DNA of 64,000 bases, from positions 864,001 through 928,000 of the forward strand of contig CAVXVB010000009.1 in NCBI GenBank assembly GCA_963765205.1. Direction: 5' to 3'. How positions within the stretch are numbered: position 1 is the first letter of the stretch; every line of letters begins with the position of its first letter. A model generated the notes under the pieces. The model was not told where the DNA came from. It made no database searches and saw only the letters and a program-made list of their open reading frames with translations. The position numbers and the translations under genes are program-made. The stretch is from an uncultured Verrucomicrobiae bacterium (GTDB lineage: Bacteria; Verrucomicrobiota; Verrucomicrobiia; Opitutales; JABDGR01). Positions 40,474-52,520 of this stretch are shown here, piece after piece.

Positions 40474-40486
40474 TTGTCTTGGGGCT

Positions 40487-41324
40487 TTACCGCCGCCAAC
40501 TGAACTGGGTGGGGCCGGTGAGATCCAGTTCCTCGCCGCGCATGAAGACGCGCATGGCGGAGAAGGTGAGCAAAGTAATGAAGACCACGAGCACGGTGAC
40601 GCTGAGCCAGGGGCTGGCGAAAAACATATGTTCGCGTCCGAGGAGCGCACCGCGCACCAAATCCACCGCGTAGGCCACGGGGTCGAGATGCGCGAGCGTT
40701 TTCATCCAGGACGGCGCGGGTTGCAACGGATACATTGCGCCGGACAGAAAGAACATCGGCAGGATGATCGCGTTGGTCATGATCGGGAAGACCGTGGTGG
40801 AGGTGAAGCGCGAAGCCATAGCCACACCCATGGCCGAGAAGGTGAGCGCGGCCAGAATCATCGCGGGAATGGCGAGCAGGACGCCGTCCCAGCCGGGATG
40901 AATTTTCAAAAACGGCAGGAAGCACATGAGCAAACAGCCCTGCGCGAGCGCTTGCAGCGCGCCGGACACAACCTTGCCCACCGCAATGGCGGGCCGTGCC
41001 ACTGGCGACACGAGCACGGCCTTGAAAAACCCGATTTGGCGGTCGAAGACAATCGTGATGGACGCAAACGTCGCAGCAAACAGGAGCGCGAGCGAAATGA
41101 CGCCGGGAAAAATGAAACTGCGGTAATCGCCGGCATTGGGCGCGGCGGCCCGCCGCGTTCGCGGCCATGGCCGCACCCATAGGCCGCATGGTCATGCTCG
41201 AACCGAGGCCGGACCCGAGCACAAAAAGATAGAGCAACGGCTGGATCAGGCCCGTGATGAGCCGCACGCGGTCCTGCGTGAACCGCTTCATGTCGAGCGC
41301 GATGATGGCCCAGATACCTCTCAT
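40487..41324 (-). CDS. ABC-2 type exporter permease (frameshift near 41150)
   Basis: MRGIWAII...GLIQPLLYLFVLG in one frame; DYRSFIFPG...DRQIGFFKAVLVSP...FFLSGAMYP in another. Confidence 0.85.
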
Positions 41325-42301
41325 GGCCGGCCTCCCCACCCGCCACGGCCCGCGGGGGCTTTCGGCGTTTCGTCGGCCAATCCGCGGCCGGTGATTTTGA
41401 GAAAGACATCCTCCAGGCTGGGCGCGTGGATTTCGACGCGCTCGACTGCGACGGGCAAGTCGCGCAGCAGCACCGGGACGATGGCGGCGGGGTCTTTGTG
41501 TTCGAGCATGATGGGCTGCACGCCGGGCGCGGGTTGGTAGCCGCGCTGCACGAGCCAGTCGCGCGCCTGCGCGTCGTCGGCGGTGTGCAGGCGGATGATG
41601 CCGCCGCCGAGGCGCGACTTGAGGTTGCGCGGGGTGTCGAGGGCGACGATTTTGCCCTCGGACATGAGCGCGATGCGGTCGGCGACTTCGGCCTCTTCCA
41701 TGTAGTGCGTGGCAAAAACGATGGTGCGGCCGGATTGGGTGAGGCCGCGCACTTGCTTCCAAAAGCCGCGGCGCGCCTCGACGTTGAGACCGAGGGTGGC
41801 TTCATCGAGAAACAAAACGCGCGGATCCGTGACCAAGGCGCGGGCCAGCTCGACGCGGCGGCGCTGGCCGCCAGAAAGATTTTGGGCGGGGCGTTCAGCG
41901 GCTTCGGTCAGTTGCAATTGGGCGAGCAATTCGGTCGTGCGCTGGCGCACGCCCGCCGCATCGAGGCCGTAGAGCTGGCCCATGAGACGAAGGTTGTCGC
42001 GCACAGTCAGGCTGCGCTCGATGGCTGGCTCCTGGAAAACGATGCCGATGTCGCGGCGGGTGGCGTCGCGCTCGGCGACGACATCGCGGCCGAGGACGCG
42101 GGCGGTGCCGGCGGTCGGCGTGCGCAGGGTGCAGAGGATGGAGAAAAGCGTGGTCTTGCCCGCCCCGTTGGGGCCGAGCAGCGCGAACATCTCGCCGGTG
42201 CCGACGGTCAGGTCAATCCCACGCAAGGCCTCGACCTTGCCGTAGTTTTTCACCAAGCCGGCGACCTCGACGGCGGGGGAGTTGGCGGGAGCAGGGTTCA
42301 T
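41321..42301 (-). CDS. ABC exporter ATP-binding protein (DrrA/NodI-like)
   Basis: GPNGAGKTT, LSGGQRRR, FLDE, THYMEEAE, SLEDVFL. Confidence 0.92.
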   Translation of the reverse strand: MNPAPANSPAVEVAGLVKNYGKVEALRGIDLTVGTGEMFALLGPNGAGKTTLFSILCTLRTPTAGTARVLGRDVVAERDATRRDIGIVFQEPAIERSLTVRDNLRLMGQLYGLDAAGVRQRTTELLAQLQLTEAAERPAQNLSGGQRRRVELARALVTDPRVLFLDEATLGLNVEARRGFWKQVRGLTQSGRTIVFATHYMEEAEVADRIALMSEGKIVALDTPRNLKSRLGGGIIRLHTADDAQARDWLVQRGYQPAPGVQPIMLEHKDPAAIVPVLLRDLPVAVERVEIHAPSLEDVFLKITGRGLADETPKAPAGRGGWGGRP

Positions 42302-42307
42302 TTTCTT

Positions 42308-42466
42308 AACCACGGAGAACGGATGCAGGAATGGAAAATGGAAGATGGAAAATGGAAGAACAAGACAATTCAAGCTGGTCCGCGGAAAATGCGGGAAAGA
42401 ATAAACAAAGAAAATAATACCCGTGGATCTACATGTTATGTTTTTCCATCTTTCATTTTCCATTCT
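42308..42466. repeat. Heptamer tandem repeats (ATGGAAR x4) with inverted partner and AACCACGG/CCGTGG arms
   Basis: 42331-42358 forward, 42443-42463 reverse complement. Confidence 0.7.
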
Positions 42467-43711
42467 TCACTCCGGCAAAGGCTGGCCGCGGGTTTCCGGC
42501 GCGAACCAGACGATGACCATTCCGATGAGATAGATCAGCGAGAGCACTTCGCCGGCGCGGGCGTAGCTGTTGTCGAAGTAGGACATGAGCGCGCTCATTT
42601 GCAACACACCCAGGGCGGCGAGCACGCGCCCGGCGTTGTAGGCCAGCCCTTGGGCGGTGGCTCGCACGCGGGTCGGGAAAAGTTCCGGCAGGTAGAGCGG
42701 GAGCAGGCCGTAAAACGCCGCCGTGACGCCGCCGGCCAGAAAAGTCAGCGCGAGGAAAACGGCGCCGTAACTTGTAGTTCCCCCAAACAAGGTGAAGCAC
42801 GCGGCGAGGGAACCGATGCACAGAATAAAATAGCCCCAGCGGCGACCGCATTTATTCGCCAGCCATGCGCCAAGGAAGCAGCCCGCCATTGCGCCCAGCG
42901 CCGAGCAGGCTTGCGTCCACGCCTTCGCTTTGGGCAAAGCATCGCCGGCCAGCTTTCCGGCCCACAGCGGCAGCCACTGCACGAGGCCCCAGGTGCCGAT
43001 CAGCGTTACGCCGCAGAGGAGCGTCGCCAATATTGTGTGGCGTCGAAGGCGCGGTGAAAATATTTCCCGCAAAGGCCGGGACGGCGCGGCCACGGTGGCC
43101 GCCTGCCAGCGGTGCGATTCGGGCGCGTAGCGGCGGATGAAAAACGTCAGCAGCGCAGGGGCCGCGCCAATCAGCGTGACAAAGCGCCAGGAGTCCTGCG
43201 TGATGGCGTAGGACAAGCCCACCACGGCACTGAGCAAAAAACCCGCGTTGCCGACCGCGCCAATTGTGCCCGCGAGCCAGACGCGATCGGCGTCGGGCCA
43301 GACTTCCATGACCAGCGCGACACCGAGCGCCCATTCGCCGCCCATGCCCAGCGCCGCCACGAAACGCAGCGCGCCGAGTTGGGCGGGCGTGCGCGCGAAA
43401 CAAACCAGCCCGGTAAAAAGCGAGTAAGTAAGAATGCTCGCACTCAGCGCACGCACGCGCCCGATGCGGTCACCCAGCCAGCCAAAGACGAGGCCACCCG
43501 CCGCCGCGCCGAGCAGAAAGAGCGCGGTGATAATTCCCATCCAATGCACGATAAAAGTTTCATCCAACGCGTCCGCGCCATGCATCTGCTGCAACGCCGG
43601 CCTCACGATGAGCGGAAAGAGGCCCATTTCGAGGCCGTCGAACAGCCAGCCCAACAGTGCGGCGAGCAAGACGAGCCGCCGCTGCGCGGGGGTAATCACC
43701 GGGGCAGGCAT
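42467..43711 (-). CDS. MFS transporter (SHS-like)
   Basis: GWLFDGLE, GWLGDRIGR, GMGGEW, YLPELFPTRVRATA. Confidence 0.92.
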   Translation of the reverse strand: MPAPVITPAQRRLVLLAALLGWLFDGLEMGLFPLIVRPALQQMHGADALDETFIVHWMGIITALFLLGAAAGGLVFGWLGDRIGRVRALSASILTYSLFTGLVCFARTPAQLGALRFVAALGMGGEWALGVALVMEVWPDADRVWLAGTIGAVGNAGFLLSAVVGLSYAITQDSWRFVTLIGAAPALLTFFIRRYAPESHRWQAATVAAPSRPLREIFSPRLRRHTILATLLCGVTLIGTWGLVQWLPLWAGKLAGDALPKAKAWTQACSALGAMAGCFLGAWLANKCGRRWGYFILCIGSLAACFTLFGGTTSYGAVFLALTFLAGGVTAAFYGLLPLYLPELFPTRVRATAQGLAYNAGRVLAALGVLQMSALMSYFDNSYARAGEVLSLIYLIGMVIVWFAPETRGQPLPE

Positions 43712-43730
43712 AGCGTGATCCGCGCAAGGG

Positions 43731-44336
43731 TTACTTCAGCGAGGCCGGTGTATGCTTCTTTTTATAACGCAGGACCCGGGCCGGGGGGAGGTTCCAAAAA
43801 ACGACTTGGGTGGAATGAAAATCGTAGGGGTGCGAGCCGTTGATCCAGCGTTTGTGGATGCCGTAGGTGAATTGAACCCAGCAGCCGCCGGGCTTCAGAA
43901 TCTCATGAATTTTACAAGTCACGCGCTCTTCCAAGTCTTTCGGGAAGGAGCGCAGGGGCAGGCTGGAAATGACCGCACCCGCGTGGCGGCGGCCAGCGTG
44001 CTGGAGGAGCAGGGCGTCCAGCTCGCAGGCGTCGCCCGCGAGGACGCGGATATGCGGGAAGCGTTTTTGGAGGGCCGCAGCCAGCTCGGGCGATTTTTCG
44101 ATGGCCAGCAAGCGGCCGGGGGCCAAACCGCGCGCGAGCAGCGCCGCCGTCACCACGCCGGTGCCGGGACCGAGTTCGATGACGAATTCGTCAGGATCGT
44201 CGGGGAGCCAGTGCGCCATGGCCTTGGCCAGGCGGGGGGAACTGGGGGCCATGGCGCCCATTTGCCGGGGATTGCGCAGACACTCCTGCAAAAAGAGCGC
44301 GTTGGCGTCCGTGTTTTCGGGGGATGGTCGAGGCAC
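43731..44336 (-). CDS. PmtA-like phospholipid N-methyltransferase (class I SAM)
   Basis: GAMAPSS..LA..M, VIELGPGTG, GDA, ISSLP, VQFTY, NLPPA. Confidence 0.85.
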   Translation of the reverse strand: MPRPSPENTDANALFLQECLRNPRQMGAMAPSSPRLAKAMAHWLPDDPDEFVIELGPGTGVVTAALLARGLAPGRLLAIEKSPELAAALQKRFPHIRVLAGDACELDALLLQHAGRRHAGAVISSLPLRSFPKDLEERVTCKIHEILKPGGCWVQFTYGIHKRWINGSHPYDFHSTQVVFWNLPPARVLRYKKKHTPASLK

Positions 44337-44544
44337 AGGTGTGAGTGAGGGCGGGTTGGGGAAATTGGGGTGCGGACATAAGAACGCGTCACCGCCCGCA
44401 ACGCAAGCTTTTGCCCGGCCGATGGTTGACGAATCTTTCGCGCCTACCCCGGTTAAAAAAGGTTCGCCAAACGGCCCAAAAACTGCGTAACTTCCAGCCC
44501 TTTGCCACCCGACGGCCCCGACGTTCTTTATTCCTCATCCTCCC

Positions 44545-46128
44545 ATGCCTTATCTCCTTTTACGCTTTCCCCATGCGCGGTTTCTCCTTCGAGCCTTATT
44601 TTTCACGGTGGTGTTTGCGCTACCACTGCGAAATTTTGCCGCCGACCAGCCCGCCGCCGCGGCGCCGACGGCGACGCCCGCCGCCAGCCCCGGCGGGGAT
44701 GGCGTGGAAATGAGCGTCGTGAAAATTTTTGCGACCACGCGCTATCCCGACGTTTTCAAACCCTGGAGCAAGCAAGCCCCGCGTGACATCAGCGGCACCG
44801 GCGTGATCATTAACGGGCACCGCATCCTGACCAACGCGCACATGGTGCTCTACGCGAGCCAGATTCAGGTGCAGGCCAACGGCTCCGGCGAGAAGGTGAC
44901 TGCGACGGTGCTTTCGGTTGCGCCGGGGATTGACCTCGCTTTGCTGAAGGTGGACGACCCGACGTTTTTTGACAACCGCCCGGCGCTGCCGCGCGCGTCG
45001 AAGCTGCCGGACAACAAGGACCCCGTCCTCGTTTACGGCTACCCGACGGGCGGCGACAATCTTTCCATCACGAAGGGGATAGTCTCGCGCATCGAGTTTA
45101 CCTCTTACAACGGGTTCACGGCGGGCCTGCGCATTCAGGTGGACGCGCCCATCAACCCCGGCAACAGCGGCGGCCCGGCGGTCGTCAACAACCAGATGAT
45201 TGGGTTGGCGTTCAGCCATCTCGGCGGGGCGGAAAACATCGGCTACATCATCCCGAACGAGGAAATCGAGCTGTTTCTCCATAGCCTCGTCAACGACCAA
45301 TACCAGGGCAAACCGGGGATGTATGACGATTTGCAGACGCTGGAAAATCCAGCCCTGCGGCCTTTCCTGAAAATAGGCAAGGACGTGCATGGCATCATTG
45401 TCAACGAGCCGTTCGACAGCGACCCGGCGTATCCGCTCAAGAAATGGGACATCATCACACAGATCGGCGACACGCCGGTGGACGATCAGGGCATGGTGAA
45501 CCTCGGCGATGACCTGCGCGTGGCGTTCCAGTATCTGGTGCAGAAAGACGCCAAAGACGGCAAGGTGCCGCTGACGATCGTGCGCGACAGCAAGGAGATG
45601 AAGGTCGAGCTGCCGGTCTCGCCGGTGCGCCCGGCGCTGCTCTCGTCCCTCGAAGGCAAGTATCCGTCGTATTATATTTTTGGGCCGATGGTGTTCTCCG
45701 CAGCCACGGATGACTTTGAGGACAACCTGAACAGCTCGAATGCCATGTCATTCCTGAGTTTCATCGGCAGCCCGCTGGTGACCCGCCGCGGGGACAAGCC
45801 GGCCTTTCCGGGCGAGCAACTGGTGGTCATTGCGTCGCCGTTCTTTTCCCATGATCTGGACCTGGGCTACGAGAAGGAACCGGTCGCCTGGGTGGTCAAG
45901 AGTGTCAACGGCATCCCGATCAAAAACCTGCAACACCTGGCGCAGGTGCTCAATGATTCCAAAGACGAATTCCTCAAGTTCGAATTTGCCGGCACGGGGC
46001 TGGAGACTTTTGTTTTTCCCCGCCAGGCGATGAAGGACTCGACCGAGGGCATTTTGAGCGACAATGATATTCGCAGCCAAGGTTCGCCGGACATCCTCGC
46101 CGCCCTTAAAGGACCAGCCGCGAATTAA
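44545..46128 (+). CDS. Trypsin-like serine protease with PDZ domains (DegP/HtrA, Deg2-like)
   Basis: LTNAH, DLALL, DAPINPGNSGGP triad; signal peptide. Confidence 0.92.
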   Translation: MPYLLLRFPHARFLLRALFFTVVFALPLRNFAADQPAAAAPTATPAASPGGDGVEMSVVKIFATTRYPDVFKPWSKQAPRDISGTGVIINGHRILTNAHMVLYASQIQVQANGSGEKVTATVLSVAPGIDLALLKVDDPTFFDNRPALPRASKLPDNKDPVLVYGYPTGGDNLSITKGIVSRIEFTSYNGFTAGLRIQVDAPINPGNSGGPAVVNNQMIGLAFSHLGGAENIGYIIPNEEIELFLHSLVNDQYQGKPGMYDDLQTLENPALRPFLKIGKDVHGIIVNEPFDSDPAYPLKKWDIITQIGDTPVDDQGMVNLGDDLRVAFQYLVQKDAKDGKVPLTIVRDSKEMKVELPVSPVRPALLSSLEGKYPSYYIFGPMVFSAATDDFEDNLNSSNAMSFLSFIGSPLVTRRGDKPAFPGEQLVVIASPFFSHDLDLGYEKEPVAWVVKSVNGIPIKNLQHLAQVLNDSKDEFLKFEFAGTGLETFVFPRQAMKDSTEGILSDNDIRSQGSPDILAALKGPAAN

Positions 46129-46149
46129 ATTTTTCCAGATGGATCGCGC

Positions 46150-46931
46150 ATGAGCACCGACCCGACGCTGCGCTTTTCGAACCGGGTGGCCGATTATGTG
46201 CGGTATCGCCCGCGCTATCCGGCGGCGGTGCTGGAAGTGCTGCGCGCGGAAATAGGTTTGCGGCCGGAACACACCGTCGTGGATGTTGGCTCGGGCACCG
46301 GGTTTTTGACAGAATTGTTCCTGGCCGAGGGCCACCGCGTTTACGGGGTTGAGCCGGAATGCCGAGATGCGTGCCGCCGGGGAGCATACCTCGCTCAGTG
46401 GAGCAATTTCACCAGCGTGAACGGGGCACGGCTGAGGCGACGACGCTCGGGGCGCAGATGGCGGATTTCGTGGTCGCAGCGCAGGCCTTTCACTGGTTTC
46501 GCCGCGCGGAAACGCGCCGGGAATTTGAGCGCATCCTGCGGCCGGGAGGCTGAGTGGTGTTGATCTGGAATGACCGCCAGGCGGACGCAGCGGGGGTTTT
46601 CTCCGCCTATGAAAAATTGATCAATGAGTTCCGCACCGACAATTTGGCCGAGACGCACCGGGTGGTGTTGCGCGCGGAGGCCGGGGAGCTGGCCGCGTTT
46701 TTCGCGCCGCAACCGATGCAGCGACGCATGGTGCCGGGCGTGGCCCAAGATTTCGATTTTGAGGGACTCAAGGGCCGGCTGCTTTCGTCCTCCTACGCGC
46801 CGCCGCCCGGCCATTCGTGGCACGCGGCGATGATTGCGGAGTTGCAGCGCGTCTTTGATGAACATCAACGCGGCGGCCGCGTGCGTTTCGAACACTGCAC
46901 GGAGATTTGCTTTGGGCGGCTTGGAGAGTGA
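46150..46931 (+). pseudogene. Class I SAM-dependent methyltransferase with several frameshifts and an internal TGA (pseudogene or read errors)
   Basis: RFS..VADY..YRP.YP, DVGSGTG, AQAFHWF, RILRPGG, LSSSY split over three frames; TGA at 46551-46553. Confidence 0.75.
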
Positions 46932-46970
46932 GGATTTTTTGCCTCGTTTCATTGCTTGGGTAATTAAGAA

Positions 46971-47717
46971 GATAACGTCCGGAAAGTTTCGCACATTTGG
47001 GGCCGGGGTATAGAGTGGCTTCAAACCCATGAGTCAGACGACTGACCCGACTTCTTCTCGGGAAGGTGCGGCTTCGCTGCCGCCGCCCTCCCTGCCGGAC
47101 AATGTAATCTCGATTGACCGTGCCACGCTCAAGAGCCATCTGGATCAGGTGGTGCGCGGGACGGACGAGGAGACCTTGAACGCGTTGCTGGATGCCGAGG
47201 CCGACCAACTGTGCGGGGCGAAGCGCTACGCGCATTCGCCCGACCGCGTGGACACGCGTGCCGGCCATTACGAGCGTCAACTGCACACGAAGGCGGGCGA
47301 AGTGACACTGAAGGTGCCCAAACTGCGCTCGCTGCCGTTCGAGACGGCCATTATCGAACGGTATAAGCGCCGCGAGATCAGCGTGGAAGAAGCGCTGGTG
47401 GAGCTGTATCTGGCGGGCGTGTCCGTGGGCCGGGTCGAAGACATCACGGAAGCGCTGTGGGGGACGCGGGTGAGTTCCAGCACGGTGAGCGAGTTGAACC
47501 AGAAGATCGCCGGCACCATCGAGCAATGGCGGAACCGGCCGCTGGAGGGGACGCATCCGTATGTTTACCTGGACGGCATCTGGCTGAAGCGCAGTTGGGG
47601 CGGCGAGGTGAAGAACGTGAGCATCCTGGTGGCCATCGGGGTGAACGCGGACGGCTACCGCGAGATTCTCGGGGTGAGCGAAGGGTCGAAGGCGGACAAG
47701 GCGAGCTGGCTGGGGTT
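46971..47717 (+). mobile_element. 3'-truncated IS256-family element
   Basis: Left-end-like GATAACGTCCGGAAAGTTTCGCACATT; transposase from 47029 (RAGHYER, LYLAGVS, YVYLDG, AIGVNADGYREILG) breaks after KASWLG into AT-rich DNA. Confidence 0.85.
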
Positions 47718-48083
47718 AGTGAGTGGAAGAAACTGTTTTGCCACAGCTTGTAATGTAGGTGCTCCTGGGGCAGATTTCCTTCGCTTCTCAAGTCCATACA
47801 AAAGGTTTACCCACAGCGCGGTAACTACGCCAAATTTATGAAATTTATTGTCATCGGGTTTTGAATGGGCATACTTTAAAATTGTATTCTCAAAATTGAG
47901 CCATATCTCCTTTCTCCATCCTTCTAATGGAGGAGTGCGTTCGAGTGCTTCGCGCAGTTTCCCACTTATACAATTTGGTTTTACGTTTTTAAGTTGGTGA
48001 TATTCGCCAGTCATGCGAATAATTATTTGAATGAATCTTTTGCGCTTGAAAACAGCTTTCACCTTTCGGCGATAGGATTTCAA
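47718..48083 (-). pseudogene. AT-rich hypothetical ORF downstream of integrase 2, cut at the IS256 junction
   Basis: Low-GC open frame starting 27 nt after the integrase stop and running into IS sequence. Confidence 0.4.
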
Positions 48084-48109
48084 TTCATCCTTTGTTGGTT
48101 AATCTGGTT

Positions 48110-49180
48110 TCATGTCGTAATCCGTTTTGCCATTTCGAATGAATGAGTGTCCCGCAAATGTCCGTAGGTTTTGGCGACGAGGAGGCCGCCATCTTTATGG
48201 CCGATCCAGGCGGCGAGTGTTTTGAAGTCCACGCCTTTTTCAATGACATTGCTTACGAAGTAGTGGCGCAGAGAGTGGTGGGTAAAATGCTGAAATCCGT
48301 TGAGCTTGCAAGCCGTATGCAACGCCTTCTTGGCGTCCACAATCGGCACCAGGGGCTTGTCTGCCGGGCGAGGTTGCTCTCGTTGCAGGCGTTCTAAGAA
48401 CGCGCCCAAGACGGGAAACAGCGGCACCACGCGGGCTTCGTGGTTCTTGGTTCCTACCTCGCCACCCGTCACTTTGAACGTGCCCCGGTCGAAATCCACG
48501 TCCTCCATGCGGAAGGCGTTGGCTTCCCCCTTGCGCATCCCGGAATACGCCAGCAGTTCCACCAGGTCCGCCGCCGCCTGGTAGCGGATATCCAACCCGC
48601 GCAGAGTAGCCACCACCTTTTCGAATTGCTCGCGGGTAGGCACCAGAATGGCGTGTTTATCAGGCCGCCGACGGACGAGGCTATCGGCGGGGTTGTCCAA
48701 AATCAGGCCTTCCCGCTTGGCGTGGTCGAGAATGAGCTTCAAAGTCCCCCGATCATGGTTGAAGGACGCCGCCGCCACTTGCGGGCTGCGCACCTGGGCC
48801 CAATTTTCACAGACCGTGCGAGTAATGCTGCGCACTGGCATGGGGCCGAAGATGTCGGACAGTTGCTTGATCTTGTGCTTGAGGCTCAGGATGGAGGCCG
48901 GTTTCAAGTGTGCGCTCCACACGTTCAGCCAGAGCTCGGCTACCTGGTTGAAGGTAAGCCGGGAGGCGTCACCGTTGGCGCTCATATGCCCCACCCTTTC
49001 GCGGAGTTCCGCCAGGCGGCGGTCAGCCAGTTTCCGGTCATTTGTGCGCAGGGAACGACGGATTTGCTTGCCGCCGCGTTTAAGAAGTCCATAGTAGACC
49101 TTTGATGCGCTATTCCGATACAGGCATTCAGCTACTAACACATACTCTGGCGACGCCGGGGATGAGGGGGGAGTTTTCAT
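48110..49180 (-). CDS. Tyrosine recombinase/integrase, intact paralog of 16223-17303
   Basis: SGMR, GTKN, HSLRH, GHKDGG, TYGH; long shared blocks with integrase 1. Confidence 0.95.
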   Translation of the reverse strand: MKTPPSSPASPEYVLVAECLYRNSASKVYYGLLKRGGKQIRRSLRTNDRKLADRRLAELRERVGHMSANGDASRLTFNQVAELWLNVWSAHLKPASILSLKHKIKQLSDIFGPMPVRSITRTVCENWAQVRSPQVAAASFNHDRGTLKLILDHAKREGLILDNPADSLVRRRPDKHAILVPTREQFEKVVATLRGLDIRYQAAADLVELLAYSGMRKGEANAFRMEDVDFDRGTFKVTGGEVGTKNHEARVVPLFPVLGAFLERLQREQPRPADKPLVPIVDAKKALHTACKLNGFQHFTHHSLRHYFVSNVIEKGVDFKTLAAWIGHKDGGLLVAKTYGHLRDTHSFEMAKRITT

Positions 49181-49195
49181 GCCCCGAATCCTATA

Positions 49196-49216
49196 GGGTT
49201 ACAGGAATGGGTTACA
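49196..49216 (-). promoter_or_regulatory. Tandem putative arm-type sites TGTAACCC-N5-TGTAACCC upstream of integrase 2
   Basis: GGGTTACA at 49196-49203 and 49209-49216. Confidence 0.65.
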
Positions 49217-49270
49217 AGTTTAAAGTGATGTATTTTTTATCGCGTCTAATTCTTTGTTAGTCAAGTGTTT

Positions 49271-50172
<902 letters not shown>

Positions 50173-50176
<4 letters not shown>

Positions 50177-51183
50177 GGTCGCGGTTCGGTGGGCGGGGAC
50201 CGGGTGCCGGATTTGGCCAGGAAAAGGGTCAGCAGGCACAATTCCACCAACCCGAAGCCTATTTTCACCACATACGGGATGATTGGCTCGTGATACTGGG
50301 AAAGAAAGGCCTCCACGAATCCCGCCCAGACGAGCAGCAGCGACACGCCCCCGATGAGCGTGAGGATTTCGTGCGAAATTTCGCGCAGGCGGGCGCTGAG
50401 CGGAACGCGCCGCCCCCAGCCGATCAAAGCACCCGCGAGCAACAGCCCCGCCTGCCCGGCGATGATGATCGAAGGGATTTCGACCGCCCCGTGCGGCAGC
50501 AGCCAGCCGAGCAGAAATTTTGTTTGCCCCGCGCGCGCATAATCCATGGCCACCGCGCCGAGCAGCACGCCGTTGTAAAACAGCAGAATGATGGTCCCCA
50601 CCCCGAATGTCATGCCGAGAGCCAGCGTCAAAATGGACACCTGAATGTTATGCGTCATCAACTCGGCGGAAAAGGTGGCCTTGACCCCGTTATATTTGTC
50701 AGTCGTGGCATTCTCCTCTTTGGCCACACGCTTGGCTGGGTCCTGCATCAGGCCGGCAAAGGGCATGAGCATCGGCTTGGAATCGGGGTCCAACCCGATG
50801 GCCAACGCGCCAAAGAGGCAGCCCACGAGGGTAATGGCGAGGGACAGCCAGAAGGCGCGCACATGGCGGCGGAACGTCTGCGGTAATTCGCGCGCAAACC
50901 ACTCGCCCAGCCTGAACCGGCGCGCAGGCTGCCGCGTCTCGTGAATTTCGCTGTAGGCTCGCGCCACGAGGTTCTCCAGGTAGTGGCGCGTTTGCGGCTC
51001 GGCGGAAAAAGTGGAGATTTTCGCCAGCGCGGCCGAGGCGCGTTCATACAACTCGTGAAAGTGCCGAACTTGTTGCAGCGACATGGTTGCGCCCGGGTCG
51101 CTCTCGAGACGGTCGAGCAGCGCCTCGAGTTCGGCCCAGCCGGAGCGCTCCTGGGCGAGAAAGCGCTGGAGGTCAATGATCAC
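50173..51183 (-). CDS. Stage II sporulation M-like (SpoIIM/DUF95) membrane protein
   Basis: W.ELE.LL, Y....LA, HNIQVS, NG.LLG, LPHGAVE, AGFVEAF; GTG start overlapping previous stop. Confidence 0.88.
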
Positions 51184-52520
51184 AGCAGTTGCCTTTGTTT
51201 GACGCGCAGGTATTGCGACACCAGTTCCGCGCTGAATTTCTCGTTTTTGAGCAGCGAGAAATGCACGCCGCGCCGTTGGAGCACTTTTTCCAGTTCGCGC
51301 AAATTCTGCCACGCCAGGTGCCCGCCGAGGCGCTGATACAAATCGCCCATTGTGTTTACGTCCAGCGCGGTGAACAGCGGGCCGACGCCCGGAGGCTGGA
51401 GCATATTCACCAGCACCAGGTGTTGCCGGCGGACCAATTCCACGTTCTTCACGAAACTTGACGCCAGTTCGGGATTGTCCAGCGCGGTGAGAAACACCAG
51501 CAGCGTGCGCCGGCGCATCCGCAGGCGGATGAACGTGCAAATTTCGTCAAAATCCGGGGAGACGATTTTGGGCTGGAGGGTATACAGTTTGTCCCGGCAG
51601 GCGCCATAATGGGCCGCGCCGTTGCCCGCGCGCACGAAGGAGCCGACTTTGTCGTCAAACACCAGCACGCCGAACAAGTCGCCCTGCTGCTCGGCCGCCA
51701 GACCCAGCGACAACGCGGCGGTCAGGTAAAGTTCGAGGACGGGCGCGGGTGTGGCGCCCGGCGCACGCACCACCGGCCGCGTGGAGAGCCGCGAGACATC
51801 GAGTACAACATAGACCTCCTGCGTGCGTTCAATTTGAAAAACTTTGGTAATCGGCCGACCACGCTTGGCCGTGGTTTTCCAGTGGATGTCCTCGTAGCCG
51901 TCACCGGCCACATATTCGCGGAGTTTCTCGAATTCGTGGCCCTTGCCAACTTGTCGCTGCGAGTGGGTCCCATACGTGCCGCGGTTTAAAAAAAGCGCGG
52001 CCAGGCTGCGGCGGTCTTCCCGCAAATTCGGATACACGCGGATTTCCGCGCGGACGGGCGCGGTTTGGCGCAGGCTCCACAGGCCCAGCGGCGAACTCGC
52101 TTCGAGGTAAACGGCGTCGAGGTGGTAGCAGCCGCGCTGGCGGGGGCAACACGGCCACGCAAAATGCGACGCCACGACTGCGCCCGGCAGCGCGACTTCA
52201 ATATCCTCGCGCTCGGATTCAATTTCGCGCGGCAGCGCAAGGCCAACGCGCAAGCGCAGGGGTTGCTGGTGCTCGTTGCGCACCTGCAAGTCCAATTTCG
52301 AGTCGCGATCCTTAGACATACGCGCCACCGCGGGTAACACGACGCTCAGTCCTCCAAAACTCCCGCGCGCACCCAGCGCATCCACCCCTGCGACGAGGAC
52401 GAGCGCGCCGACCGCCGCCACCGCTGCCAACGTCCCGGCCGGGCCGGTGGCGGCCAACAGCGCGAAGGGTGGCGCGATCAGCGCCACCCACAAAAGCAAT
52501 TTAGTGCGCGGCACGATCAT
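51180..52520 (-). CDS. DUF58 (vWA-like) protein
   Basis: VYPN, EFEKLREY..GD...IHWKTTAK, FQIER.Q...LDVSR. Confidence 0.9.
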   Translation of the reverse strand: MIVPRTKLLLWVALIAPPFALLAATGPAGTLAAVAAVGALVLVAGVDALGARGSFGGLSVVLPAVARMSKDRDSKLDLQVRNEHQQPLRLRVGLALPREIESEREDIEVALPGAVVASHFAWPCCPRQRGCYHLDAVYLEASSPLGLWSLRQTAPVRAEIRVYPNLREDRRSLAALFLNRGTYGTHSQRQVGKGHEFEKLREYVAGDGYEDIHWKTTAKRGRPITKVFQIERTQEVYVVLDVSRLSTRPVVRAPGATPAPVLELYLTAALSLGLAAEQQGDLFGVLVFDDKVGSFVRAGNGAAHYGACRDKLYTLQPKIVSPDFDEICTFIRLRMRRRTLLVFLTALDNPELASSFVKNVELVRRQHLVLVNMLQPPGVGPLFTALDVNTMGDLYQRLGGHLAWQNLRELEKVLQRRGVHFSLLKNEKFSAELVSQYLRVKQRQLL

